In this document: piece by piece, positions 46,800-55,763 of the stretch | Layout: each line of letters opens with the position of its first letter | How positions within the stretch are numbered: the stretch's first letter is position 1 | Source: Bdellovibrionales bacterium | Lineage (GTDB): Bacteria > Bdellovibrionota > Bdellovibrionia > Bdellovibrionales > UBA1609 | Assembly (NCBI GenBank): GCA_965199825.1 | Contig: OZ241329.1 | Location: 704,362 to 768,361 of the forward strand | Reading direction: 5' to 3' | DNA: 64,000 bases | Made by a program: the position numbers and the translations under genes | Notes under the pieces: model-generated | The model's database searches: none | Told to the model about the DNA's origin: nothing | What the model saw: only the letters and a program-made list of their open reading frames with translations

Positions 46800-46928
46800 T
46801 TAAACCAATCTTGCTTTTAGGCCTTTTGATTTCTGAATCGCAATAAATCGCTCTGCATGATCGAGTGTCGGAAAATTTCTGGTAAGGCTCAGCCCTTCTC
46901 TTGTTTCGTAAATGACTGTGTAACCCAT
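46800..46928 (-). CDS. 42-aa hypothetical small protein (candidate; the track version extends to 47039)
   Basis: GAGGAAA lies 7 nt upstream of the ATG at 46928. Sequence MGYTVIYETREGLSLTRNFPTLDHAERFIAIQKSKGLKARLV. No homology recognised. Confidence 0.3.
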   Translation of the reverse strand: MGYTVIYETREGLSLTRNFPTLDHAERFIAIQKSKGLKARLV

Positions 46929-47121
46929 ATTCAATTTCCTCTGATGGATGAGATTAGCAATTGCGCCCATTCTAAGATTTAAAAATCTTTTTTCAATGCC
47001 TATCTTCGAATCTGCTTTGGTATGAATTGTTAGATGCAATTTCCAGTGGCGTTATAAATTTTATTGGAATTAGATTTTGGATCTTAACTCGAGTTGTTGT
47101 GTGAACAATGGTAGTTTGAGT

Positions 47122-47406
47122 GGGCACGACAACTTTGAGTGGGCACGACAACTTTGAGTGGGCACGACAACTTTGAGTGGGCACGACAACTTTGAGTGGG
47201 CACGACAACTTTGAGTGGGCACGACAACTTTGAGTGGGCACGACAACTTTGAGTGGGCACGACAACTTTGAGTGGGCACGACAACTTTGAGTGGGCACGA
47301 CAACTTTGAGTGGGCACGACAACTTTGAGTGGGCACGACAACCTTGTGTGGGCACGACAACCTTGTGTGGGCACGACAACCTTGTGTGGGCACGACAACC
47401 TTGGGT
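47122..47406. repeat. 19-bp tandem repeat, 15 head-to-tail copies
   Basis: GGGCACGACAACTTTGAGT occurs 11 times with no mismatch. It is followed by GGGCACGACAACCTTGTGT 3 times and GGGCACGACAACCTTGGGT once. A partial unit (tttgagt) precedes 47122. Confidence 0.97.
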
Positions 47407-47413
47407 GGTAAAC

Positions 47414-48646
47414 TTAATGCGCCGGGCTCGGTGCCCAACTGCCCAGTGCGGGCTCCATTTCTTTTTGGATCTTTACTGGCGTGCTTTCTGGATCATGTTT
47501 TTGGAGCCGATTTTTAATTCTGACAAAGTTTACTAAAACGGGCTCAAGAGTTTTTTTGTCAAAAAAGAATATCTGATCGACCAATAAAAAATTTTGATCA
47601 ACATCGTCATTTTCGTCGTTTTGATCTTTAAGAATTGCATCAAAAACCAACTCTGTTTTAAGGCTGCGATTTTGTCCTGAGGCTTCGAGCAAATCATTAC
47701 GCAATTCTGTGGGAACAATCTTTGTCATACCGATATAAATTAGAGCTGCAGGAAATTGATCCATTCTTTTAAGTAAACTGAAAATATTTTTATAAACTTT
47801 TATTAGTTTACTGGTCCTTTGACTCTCATTATGGTTTTTGAATCGATTGCGCGCGTCTTCGGAGACTATTCCCATGATGTAGGGATAACTGTTTTTAATT
47901 CCTTCGTACCCAAAAAATATGAACAAGACTGCCGTGTAGAGCAGATGGTCTTTGTCTAGAACCGCGGCCAGGCCTTTTGTAATTGGCTGTGAGAAAACGT
48001 AAATCCAAAAATTGGCTATTACAAAGTAGTGAGCTTGTTCGATCAGACGTATTCTACTAAAATAAGAAAATTCCTTTTCAATCGCCGGTTGGATTTGAGC
48101 CTCGAGAAGATCAGTAGCCAAGAATAATTTTTTGAAATAATCGAGAATGTTTTTTTCGCCTCGAACTTCGTAACCGAATGCGATCGCATCTTTTGCTTCG
48201 ACAAAGTCATTTTCGAGTTGGCCTATACGACCAACCAGTGTTGAGATAGTGATTTCATTTGCTGGTGACCAAGCGATTTTCATCGGATCAAGAAAGCTTG
48301 CGCTCACTTCGTGGTCGTTTAAAGTTTTAAAATCAATTTCACTCACTTTTAAAACTCTGAGCAAAAGTGTTGTGAGACTTAAGGTGTGAGCAGTTCTGTC
48401 GAGAGATTTCCAAACCTTCTCTATCAAATTTAATTTTCGCCCATCAAGCTCGCGAACTGCCGATAATGTCACGCCGTCCATATCGCGCAAAAAATAATGC
48501 AGATCTCCATGGTACTGCCCAGCTGATTGAGGCCCGGTCATTAAGATTTGAGAGCAAAGGGATATTCCATGAGGCGCCAATTTTTCTGCAGCTATTGACG
48601 AGGATGCGAGGGTGAGGAAGACAAAAAAAGAGATTGATCTCATCAC
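47414..48646 (-). CDS. hypothetical protein with signal peptide and central hydrophobic spans
   Basis: 410 aa. MMRSISFFVFLTLASSSIAA. Hydrophobic segments HYFVIANFWIYVF and LLYTAVLFIFFGY. Confidence 0.6.
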   Translation of the reverse strand: MMRSISFFVFLTLASSSIAAEKLAPHGISLCSQILMTGPQSAGQYHGDLHYFLRDMDGVTLSAVRELDGRKLNLIEKVWKSLDRTAHTLSLTTLLLRVLKVSEIDFKTLNDHEVSASFLDPMKIAWSPANEITISTLVGRIGQLENDFVEAKDAIAFGYEVRGEKNILDYFKKLFLATDLLEAQIQPAIEKEFSYFSRIRLIEQAHYFVIANFWIYVFSQPITKGLAAVLDKDHLLYTAVLFIFFGYEGIKNSYPYIMGIVSEDARNRFKNHNESQRTSKLIKVYKNIFSLLKRMDQFPAALIYIGMTKIVPTELRNDLLEASGQNRSLKTELVFDAILKDQNDENDDVDQNFLLVDQIFFFDKKTLEPVLVNFVRIKNRLQKHDPESTPVKIQKEMEPALGSWAPSPAH

Positions 48647-48708
48647 GCCTTCCTAACGAGAGCGCTCGACAAGTTCAATGCATTAAATCGCCTCGATCAA
48701 TACAAAAC

Positions 48709-50415
48709 TTAATTATTCAAAAAAACCACAACGGGTTTTGTCGACAAAGTCAGACTCAATTGCTTATTGGTTAAGTTTGCGGGGGCACTCGTGCCGGCAA
48801 TCAAATCATAAACAGAAACTGTTGAAAATGAATTACTGAGCTTGAGAGTAATTGCAGTGCTCGCTGGAACCGTAGTGCTCCCCGTTTGGAGGCGATCACT
48901 TTCGTTCCAAATCACAATCGCATATTGCCCGGACGAGGACTGCAAAAGTAATGAGCCTGCCCGCTCTGGCAGATTGCTGATTGAATATTCGATCGGCTTT
49001 AAAGAAAACGTTTTTGAGTTTGGGCCAGCGTCAGCAAAAGCATTCATTAAATTATGAATTGAAACCGCTGCTGGCTTTGGTTGATTGTTTCCGTCAAAAA
49101 GTCCCCAATGGTTCTCCCTATTGGCGTTAGACGTATCGTTATACATATCGAGCAATTCATAAATGTAAACTCTTGAAATTTCATTGATTGCCGAATCAAA
49201 TATTGTGTTCAACGTGAGGATTGCCTGTGCATCGAATGTGACACCATCTGCGGCAGTTGCCGTATTGAATCCAGCTTCAGTGATGATTTCTGGACTTAAT
49301 CGATTTGCTCCGTATTCAAGAAGATTGGTATTCGAAATATACCATCCGGGTTGATAACCACCAAACCCATTATTTGCATAAGGATGAATGTTTACAAAAT
49401 CAGAAATACCAGATCCATAACTTTGGTTTGTGGCTGGTGCGCCGAGCGAATATAAAATTCCAGTTGTGTAATTTAACACTGCCACACCATTTGTGTGCGG
49501 ATCAGCATGAACCGTTTGATATAAATCTTTTTGGTAGGCGTCTGCAGCCACTTGGCCGGACTGGCCCTTGTAGGTGAATGGAAAGTTCGCAATCTCGTTA
49601 GGACCTTCAACTGCTGTTACAGAATTGGGATATAACGCCAGCATGTCGTCGAGATCCGCAACAAAACTCACAGGATCTGGGTTTGTGCTTGTCGCGCCTG
49701 CAATGAACTGCACACCCATGCCCAAAATTAATTGGTAAGCACTTTTGAGTGCGGTGTCTGTTGAATTTTTTGGATAGAGTCCATCACGAACGAATTTAAT
49801 ATTGAGGTAATTGAGATTGTTGGCAACGTTCTGATAATTTGTATAAGCGTTGCCTTGAATATTTGCACCCAAGTGAATTTGCACGCCGATTGAGTTTTTG
49901 AAATCGGCATAGCGAATGGCTGCAATCTGAACTTTGTCGGCACATGTTACGTTCAAAAATCCAGCATTTGAACCGTTTGGATTGGGTTCATTTTCGCAGT
50001 TTGTGCCATTAAAAGTGATCGCACATGTTTGAGTTCCTGTGCATGTGCTTGCGGCATAATTCAGGCAGCTGGTGTAAGCCGAGCCGCCGCCATAGCCTGA
50101 AGCGGTGACATTGATAAATCCAGACTGGCAGCTTACCGCAACGGTCTGGCCCTCAGCACTCCAACCGTACATGCATGAACTTTGAGTCGCGCAGTGTGTG
50201 CCAGAGGCAATGGATCCTGTACCTGCCGTGCCTGATAAAATAGGGGTTGTGGTTGTCACATAACGAGCAACACTATCAGAGGGATCTGGAGCGGTACTTG
50301 AATTCGCAATTGCAAAAGATTTTATGCTCGAAAAACCTTTGCTACAATTTTGAAAAGTGATGAGCAAAAACGCGAATGCAAAAAAGTACAGCGTAACAAC
50401 AGACCACTTTTTCAT
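48709..50415 (-). CDS. lipoprotein: SUEL/rhamnose-binding-lectin-like domain plus clan GH-A glycoside hydrolase
   Basis: FAFLLITFQNCSK. VSCQSGFINVTASGYGG...CTGTQTCAITF...GFLNVTC follows the SUEL lectin Cys pattern. VEGPNEIANF (acid/base) and IITEAGFNT (nucleophile) are GH-A-like. Confidence 0.65.
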   Translation of the reverse strand: MKKWSVVTLYFFAFAFLLITFQNCSKGFSSIKSFAIANSSTAPDPSDSVARYVTTTTPILSGTAGTGSIASGTHCATQSSCMYGWSAEGQTVAVSCQSGFINVTASGYGGGSAYTSCLNYAASTCTGTQTCAITFNGTNCENEPNPNGSNAGFLNVTCADKVQIAAIRYADFKNSIGVQIHLGANIQGNAYTNYQNVANNLNYLNIKFVRDGLYPKNSTDTALKSAYQLILGMGVQFIAGATSTNPDPVSFVADLDDMLALYPNSVTAVEGPNEIANFPFTYKGQSGQVAADAYQKDLYQTVHADPHTNGVAVLNYTTGILYSLGAPATNQSYGSGISDFVNIHPYANNGFGGYQPGWYISNTNLLEYGANRLSPEIITEAGFNTATAADGVTFDAQAILTLNTIFDSAINEISRVYIYELLDMYNDTSNANRENHWGLFDGNNQPKPAAVSIHNLMNAFADAGPNSKTFSLKPIEYSISNLPERAGSLLLQSSSGQYAIVIWNESDRLQTGSTTVPASTAITLKLSNSFSTVSVYDLIAGTSAPANLTNKQLSLTLSTKPVVVFLNN

Positions 50416-50773
50416 TTAAAGATCCAATCCCAGCCTGTTGCATTTTTGGTAACTCATTTTGATCATGATCTCTTAAAGTTTACAGGTTGGTGCTGATTTA
50501 AGCAATCGTAGAGGTACGGTTTGGTCCGTATTTCAGATGATGATCTTGAGACATATCAATATGAGATTCAAAAAAGACGTAAGCACTTTTGGTTGTGAGC
50601 GAAGGTATCTTTTTCTTTTTGATTAAACACGCACGCCCCTCTCACTTCGACACGTTAATCGAATGAGCACTTTCAAAAACATCATCAGCTAAGGTCATTG
50701 TGGCTATGGGCTCCTGCCACACTCTTTGCAAATATAAGAAGCAGTAGGATGGTGCACAGTGTTTCAATTTGAG

Positions 50774-53278
50774 ATGTTAAAAAAGATAATACTTCTGGCA
50801 AGCCTACCTCTCATGGTGACTGCATGTAGCAAACTTAAAAGTGTAGCTGCCTTGCAAACCTCATCGACAAGTGCGTCACTCGGCACAACAAACTGCATCA
50901 GCTCACAAGCGGATCAAACAACCGTATTGAACTCCACCGATTTTTTTATCACTGCGCAAACCAATTCAAATGCTTTAGCAGCTGCAACAGAGTGCCTTAT
51001 TAATATCAAATCAGAGACAGCCTTTCTTGCAAAACAAAATTGGAGTTGTGATTCAACTGCTCACGTATTGGATTATATAAACATCTGTAAAAACAAAGTT
51101 TCGATTTTGATTTCACAAAATAGCTCACAGACTTGCCCTGTTCTAAACGGGACCGGCCAACAAACGTGGGATTCAAATGGCTGGAGCAGTTGTCAAATTA
51201 GCCAGTGTGCTTCTGGCTTTGTTTTGCTCAACGGCTCTTGCCAACCCCAAGTGTGTAACCCCAACACCACACAAAATTGTGCTGTCGCAAACGGATCAGG
51301 ATCGCAGATTTGCAATGTCTCTGGAACAGCTTGGGGTCAATGTAGCGCAGCTCTGTTTTGTACTTCAGGATTTAATTTGCAAGGGGGCACATGTGTTGCA
51401 AATGTTTGTGCACCCAACTCACAACAAAGTTGCAGCGCAAACAACGGCACCGGAACACAAAGCTGCAATAGCAACGGATCGGCATTTTTAAGCTGTGGCA
51501 GTCCGACCAGTTGTGATTCTGGATTTCATCTTCAAAACAATTCTTGTGTACAAAATATTTGTTCGCCTCAATCTCAAGAAACTTGTGGAGTGGCTAACGG
51601 CGCGGGCTTGCAAGCTTGCAACAGCGATGGATCAAGTTATGGCGCATGTCGTGCGACATCGTGTAATTCTGGATTTGTTTTAAATAACGGCAGTTGTGCT
51701 GCATTTTTAAATCCTGGTCTTGATGGAAAATTTTTGGTGGGCTACCAAGGTTGGTTTTCGGCTCAAGGCGACGGCGACCCCTACACCACTCCAACAAATA
51801 GCTGGAGCCATTGGTCACAGTGGCAAACAGGTGCACCAAACTTTGGCAACACCACGGTTGAAATGTGGCCTGATGTTTCTGAATACTCACAACTTTATCC
51901 AACAGCTTTCACCTTACAAGATGGCAGCCCAGCAAAAGTGTTTAGCTCTTATGATTTTAGCACCGTGCTCACCCACTTTAAGTGGATGCAGCAATACGGG
52001 ATAGATGGAGCGGTACTTCAGCGCTTTACGGTGAGCAAACAATTTGGACCTGACTATCAGACTTTTACCGCGCAAGTTGCACGCAACACCGTCAATGCCG
52101 CGCAAGCGACCGATCGAGTATTTTGTGTGTTGATCGATACCGCGGGCGACAACGTCGATTCGATTGTTCAAAACGTGATCAATGAATGGCAATATGACGT
52201 GAACACTCTCCATCTCACCGACAGTCCAAATTATTTACGTCACAATGGAAAGCCGGTTGTTTATCTCGCACAATTTGGAATCTACAGTCATGCGGCGCCA
52301 ACAGTTGATCAGGCCGCACAGATCATTCAGTTTTTTAAAAATGCGGGCGTGACTGTCGTTGGTGAAACTCCTGCGTATTGGAGAACACTCGATCATGATT
52401 CTCAAACGGATCCACGCTGGCTTGATATTTATCATAGCTATGATGTGATTAACCCCTGGACTGTAGGCACATATCAAACCCAATCCCAAATTGATGATTA
52501 CATCAACAATGTTGTTGTCGGTGATCTTGCAGACACGGCCGCACACGGTCAGCAATATATGCCGGTCATTTACCCAGGATTTTCAAGATCAAATTTGTGT
52601 GGTCAGGGCAATACCAATTGCCCCGAAGGCGTAAATTTTAATGTGATCCCAAGACAGGGCGGCCAGTTTTGGTGGAAACAAGCGTACCAATATAAAAAAG
52701 TGGGCATTCGTATGATGTATGCGGCGATGTTTGATGAGGTGGACGAAGGTACCGCCATTTTTAAAATTGCCCCAACACAAAAACTCACTCCTGCTCAGAC
52801 TCCATTTTTGAGTTTAGATGCCGATGGGTTTCAACTTCCCAGTGATTGGTATTTGCAACTCGCAAGACAAACTGCGGCGATGCTCAAAGGACAAATTGGA
52901 CTTTCCCAGTCGATCCCACTCCAGATGCCAGCGTCGGTTGCAGCACCCACGAATCCCAATGCGCAGATGCTTTATTCAAGAGGCAGTCTCTCGCTTCATT
53001 CGGATCATTACATTCAGAGATCTGGCTTTGTGCTCTATATGCAAAATGATGGAAATTTAGTTTTAAAAGATCCAAATGGAGCAAACCTTTGGTCTTCTGG
53101 GACAGCTGGTCTTTGTATGAGCGGCCAAACCTATCAAGATTGTTTAGTTGTGTACCAAGACGATGGAAATCTGGTGATCTACAATACTGTTACGGGTGCT
53201 GCGCAATCTCTTGGCGGATATGGCAGTTCAGCCTTGTTATTTAATCGCGAAATCTCGACACCCTTACTCTTTGAGTAA
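50774..53278 (+). CDS. lipoprotein: four Cys-rich ~45-aa repeats, glycosidase-like central domain, C-terminal bulb-type (GNA-like) mannose-binding lectin
   Basis: The ATG at 50774 gives MLKKIILLASLPLMVTACSK. Repeats follow C.SGF.L..G.C....C.P...Q.C...NG.G.Q.CN..G. The central domain has FLVGYQGWFSAQGDG. The C-terminus has MQNDGNLVL and YQDDGNLVIY (QxDxNxVxY lectin motifs). Confidence 0.7.
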   Translation: MLKKIILLASLPLMVTACSKLKSVAALQTSSTSASLGTTNCISSQADQTTVLNSTDFFITAQTNSNALAAATECLINIKSETAFLAKQNWSCDSTAHVLDYINICKNKVSILISQNSSQTCPVLNGTGQQTWDSNGWSSCQISQCASGFVLLNGSCQPQVCNPNTTQNCAVANGSGSQICNVSGTAWGQCSAALFCTSGFNLQGGTCVANVCAPNSQQSCSANNGTGTQSCNSNGSAFLSCGSPTSCDSGFHLQNNSCVQNICSPQSQETCGVANGAGLQACNSDGSSYGACRATSCNSGFVLNNGSCAAFLNPGLDGKFLVGYQGWFSAQGDGDPYTTPTNSWSHWSQWQTGAPNFGNTTVEMWPDVSEYSQLYPTAFTLQDGSPAKVFSSYDFSTVLTHFKWMQQYGIDGAVLQRFTVSKQFGPDYQTFTAQVARNTVNAAQATDRVFCVLIDTAGDNVDSIVQNVINEWQYDVNTLHLTDSPNYLRHNGKPVVYLAQFGIYSHAAPTVDQAAQIIQFFKNAGVTVVGETPAYWRTLDHDSQTDPRWLDIYHSYDVINPWTVGTYQTQSQIDDYINNVVVGDLADTAAHGQQYMPVIYPGFSRSNLCGQGNTNCPEGVNFNVIPRQGGQFWWKQAYQYKKVGIRMMYAAMFDEVDEGTAIFKIAPTQKLTPAQTPFLSLDADGFQLPSDWYLQLARQTAAMLKGQIGLSQSIPLQMPASVAAPTNPNAQMLYSRGSLSLHSDHYIQRSGFVLYMQNDGNLVLKDPNGANLWSSGTAGLCMSGQTYQDCLVVYQDDGNLVIYNTVTGAAQSLGGYGSSALLFNREISTPLLFE

Positions 53279-53331
53279 GGCCTTTACTTTACTAGTTGCG
53301 CAAGCCAAAGGGCCCACCTAAGCTTTTGGCT

Positions 53332-54195
53332 ATGAAAATCAATTTAAGACTTCGGCTTCTGGTTTTTTCGCTCGGACTTACGACATGTGTTCCATCGTCG
53401 AATTTTACCGCATTCGGTGGACAAGCTCAGCTGCCGCAAATCCTATCGACTTCATTTCGAAATCACATATTTCAAATTATGGGGACGCAGCTTCAAAACA
53501 TCACGAGCCTCAAGCTCAGCCAAAATAATTCTGATATTCCAATTTCAATTCTAAGCAAGACTCCAACCTCTGTGTCTGCAAGCTTTGACAGCAATTCAGT
53601 TCTTTCCGCAAGTGCCCCCGCCACGCTTGTTGTCAATTCTCCGCAAGGCTCATCAACAGCTTTATTGACCGTGGATTTAAGTAACACGTCGGTCGCCAAT
53701 TTTAATTCAACAGGTATTGCCGACACGGCTCCATCAACGCTTCTTACTTTAAGTGCTGATAGCAAAGTTGGAATTGGAACGACCTCACCCACGTCTTCGT
53801 TAACGGTGGCTGGACCGATCGAGTCCACACTGGGCGGAATAAAATTTCCAGATGGTTCAAGTCAGACAAGTGCTTTGGCAACTCAGCAAGCATTTGCATT
53901 GTCGTGCAGTTTTAATTCCAGTAACAATCAAACAGTTTGTATCAGATTAAATACCCTTACCGGTGCAAGCGTTTGTTCTTACAATGTGGGATCTGGGGCT
54001 TGGACCGCGTGCACCAACTCACCTTTTACCGCTGACGTGAATGCGAACTATTCGATCTCTTGTTCTTTTAACAGTAGTTACAACTTTACGATTTGTGTTC
54101 GGCTTAATAATACGACAGGCGCTTCGATTTGTAATTTCAATAACAACAATCCGTCTTCAGGCACATGGTCAGCTTGCGCTGGAAATCCCTTTTAA
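53332..54195 (+). CDS. lipoprotein with tail-fibre-like GIGTTSP motif and duplicated Cys module
   Basis: The ATG at 53332 gives MKINLRLRLLVFSLGLTTCV. VGIGTTSPTSSLTVAGPIESTLGGIKFPDGSSQTSA is present. Two ~45-aa copies follow CSFNSS.N.T.C.RLN..TGAS.C..N....G.W.AC...PF. Confidence 0.6.
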   Translation: MKINLRLRLLVFSLGLTTCVPSSNFTAFGGQAQLPQILSTSFRNHIFQIMGTQLQNITSLKLSQNNSDIPISILSKTPTSVSASFDSNSVLSASAPATLVVNSPQGSSTALLTVDLSNTSVANFNSTGIADTAPSTLLTLSADSKVGIGTTSPTSSLTVAGPIESTLGGIKFPDGSSQTSALATQQAFALSCSFNSSNNQTVCIRLNTLTGASVCSYNVGSGAWTACTNSPFTADVNANYSISCSFNSSYNFTICVRLNNTTGASICNFNNNNPSSGTWSACAGNPF

Positions 54196-54202
54196 AGAAA
54201 CT

Positions 54203-55690
54203 ATGCAGAATCAAATAAAAATTATTTTATTGAGCGTTGCCATATTGAGCTGTAGCAAGCTGCAGTCTTCGACAAGTTTGTCGGGCTCTTCAAATTCGGC
54301 AGCCTATTTTTCGCCAAGTTTGAGTGATTCGTTCGATACCGTGGTCGCTTCTGCAACCCCAACAGTGGATTATGTATTTGGAACTTCGGCGGTTGCGGGC
54401 CCTGCGCAAACTGCGATTACCAATATTTCTCAACTCGGCCAAAACTTTAATCCGTTTGCCGATTTTACCGGTCAAACTCTGATCAATAGCGAACTTCAAC
54501 GGTACCAACCTTTTAGTTCGTCATCCAATTTTGTTTTTGGATCGGGATCTCTCAATCTCAATGCCACGCTCGACTCGGGCGGCACGGTCGCACCCACTCT
54601 TTCGTGTCACACTTATGGATTTACTCCTGGCAGTGCCCAAAACTTTAGTTCGAACACCCGCGATTGTGGATCGACACCTTCTGCCTCGATTATCGTAGGC
54701 CAAGTTGCGGTGATTCAATACAGCGGGATTTACTATGTCAGCGCTGTGGATTCATCTTCGGTGACTTTGATGCCTCTTTTTAATTCCAATATTTCTCAGA
54801 CGTACAATTCGATTTTGACATTTTTGCCTTGGGCTTATGCCACCCTAAGTGCGGATGCCAACTCTTCGAGCTGTCTCAATTTTAGTAGCTTGCCCTCGAG
54901 TGTTTCTGTTGGGCAATTCGTGAGCTTTATTTCATCCGGCGCCCAAGACTCTAATGCTTATGGAACAATTTCGATCAACTCAGTCTCTACAAACTCTATT
55001 TGTTTAAATTCGCCACAGTCACAGAGCAATGGCACCGGTGTGCTGTTTACTCCACCGATTCGCAGCGCACAAATCTGGTCAAAAAATTATTGGATACCTG
55101 GGGTTGACGGTGTCAAAACAATCGCTGCAGAACTCACGGTCATATTACCGAATACATTTGGTGCCGCGAGAGGATTTTCCAGTTTTTCTAGTTTGAACTC
55201 ATCCACTCCGCTTGGCGCGTGGCCCGCATTTTGGCTGTATTCTGGCAATTCGACTTCAAGCCAGGTGACACGCGACTATTCCGAAGTGGACGTGATTGAA
55301 CTCATCATGAGTTCGACACAAGATTTTGGAACTTACACTTCAAATCTCCACGGTCCGAGCACAGGTTCGAACCTTTATATCAATCAAACAAATTCTAGTT
55401 ATAACTGGTCGAATGATAAAACCTACTACTACGGCCCTCTCCCCACCAACACAGTCCATAAGATTCAATTGGTGATGACCGAAACCCAGGCGTTTCGCTA
55501 TTTTGATGGCGCGTTGATGAAGTCAGACAATTATCAATGGACCTCTGGAGACTCAGCCCAAATCGCTGCGAACCTTGCGATGGGAAGTGCTTCTCCAAAT
55601 TTAGCCGCAACTTTGATGTTTCCGGTTTTTGACGGCGCATTTCCGGTATCGATGCAGGTGCAAGAACTCAAAATCTGGGCGCAAAGATAA
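54203..55690 (+). CDS. lipoprotein, GH16-family beta-glycanase-like
   Basis: The ATG at 54203 gives MQNQIKIILLSVAILSCSK. The track's extension from 54041 overlaps the previous gene. GAWPAFWLYSG and SEVDVIE (ExDxxE) are the hallmark GH16 strings. Confidence 0.72.
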   Translation: MQNQIKIILLSVAILSCSKLQSSTSLSGSSNSAAYFSPSLSDSFDTVVASATPTVDYVFGTSAVAGPAQTAITNISQLGQNFNPFADFTGQTLINSELQRYQPFSSSSNFVFGSGSLNLNATLDSGGTVAPTLSCHTYGFTPGSAQNFSSNTRDCGSTPSASIIVGQVAVIQYSGIYYVSAVDSSSVTLMPLFNSNISQTYNSILTFLPWAYATLSADANSSSCLNFSSLPSSVSVGQFVSFISSGAQDSNAYGTISINSVSTNSICLNSPQSQSNGTGVLFTPPIRSAQIWSKNYWIPGVDGVKTIAAELTVILPNTFGAARGFSSFSSLNSSTPLGAWPAFWLYSGNSTSSQVTRDYSEVDVIELIMSSTQDFGTYTSNLHGPSTGSNLYINQTNSSYNWSNDKTYYYGPLPTNTVHKIQLVMTETQAFRYFDGALMKSDNYQWTSGDSAQIAANLAMGSASPNLAATLMFPVFDGAFPVSMQVQELKIWAQR

Positions 55691-55763
55691 TTGTGAGTCA
55701 GTACCAAGGATAGACTTCGCCCCCATTATCAAATAAGCCTTTGAAGCTCACAATTGGAGCAAA

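Noticed and set aside
47122-47406. CRISPR array interpretation of the repeat
   Set aside because: The units are directly adjacent with no unique spacers, the repeat is only 19 bp, and no cas genes are in the window.
46993-47438. Three overlapping minus-strand ORFs (104-128 aa) and two plus-strand ORFs in the track, with a repeating SCRAHSKLSCPLKVVVPTQ peptide
   Set aside because: They are artefacts of the 19-bp tandem array. Because 19 is not a multiple of 3, the same 57-nt super-unit is read in all three frames, and the unit happens to lack stops on that strand. They have no RBS and no plausible protein features.
53332-54195. Prophage or mobile-element call based on the tail-fibre-like motif, beta-helix tailspike-like proteins and the nearby tRNA-Ser
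   Set aside because: No integrase, terminase, capsid, portal or other phage genes are present. I noticed no direct repeat of the tRNA 3' end downstream when scanning by eye. All of these proteins carry bacterial lipoprotein signals.
55689-55755. AATTGTGAG ... GCTCACAATT, matching the two half-sites of the symmetric lac operator, bracketing the GH16-photolyase spacer
   Set aside because: The half-sites are about 50 nt apart rather than abutting, and no LacI-family regulator is present. At most this is a long-range 9-bp inverted repeat, and it is probably coincidence.
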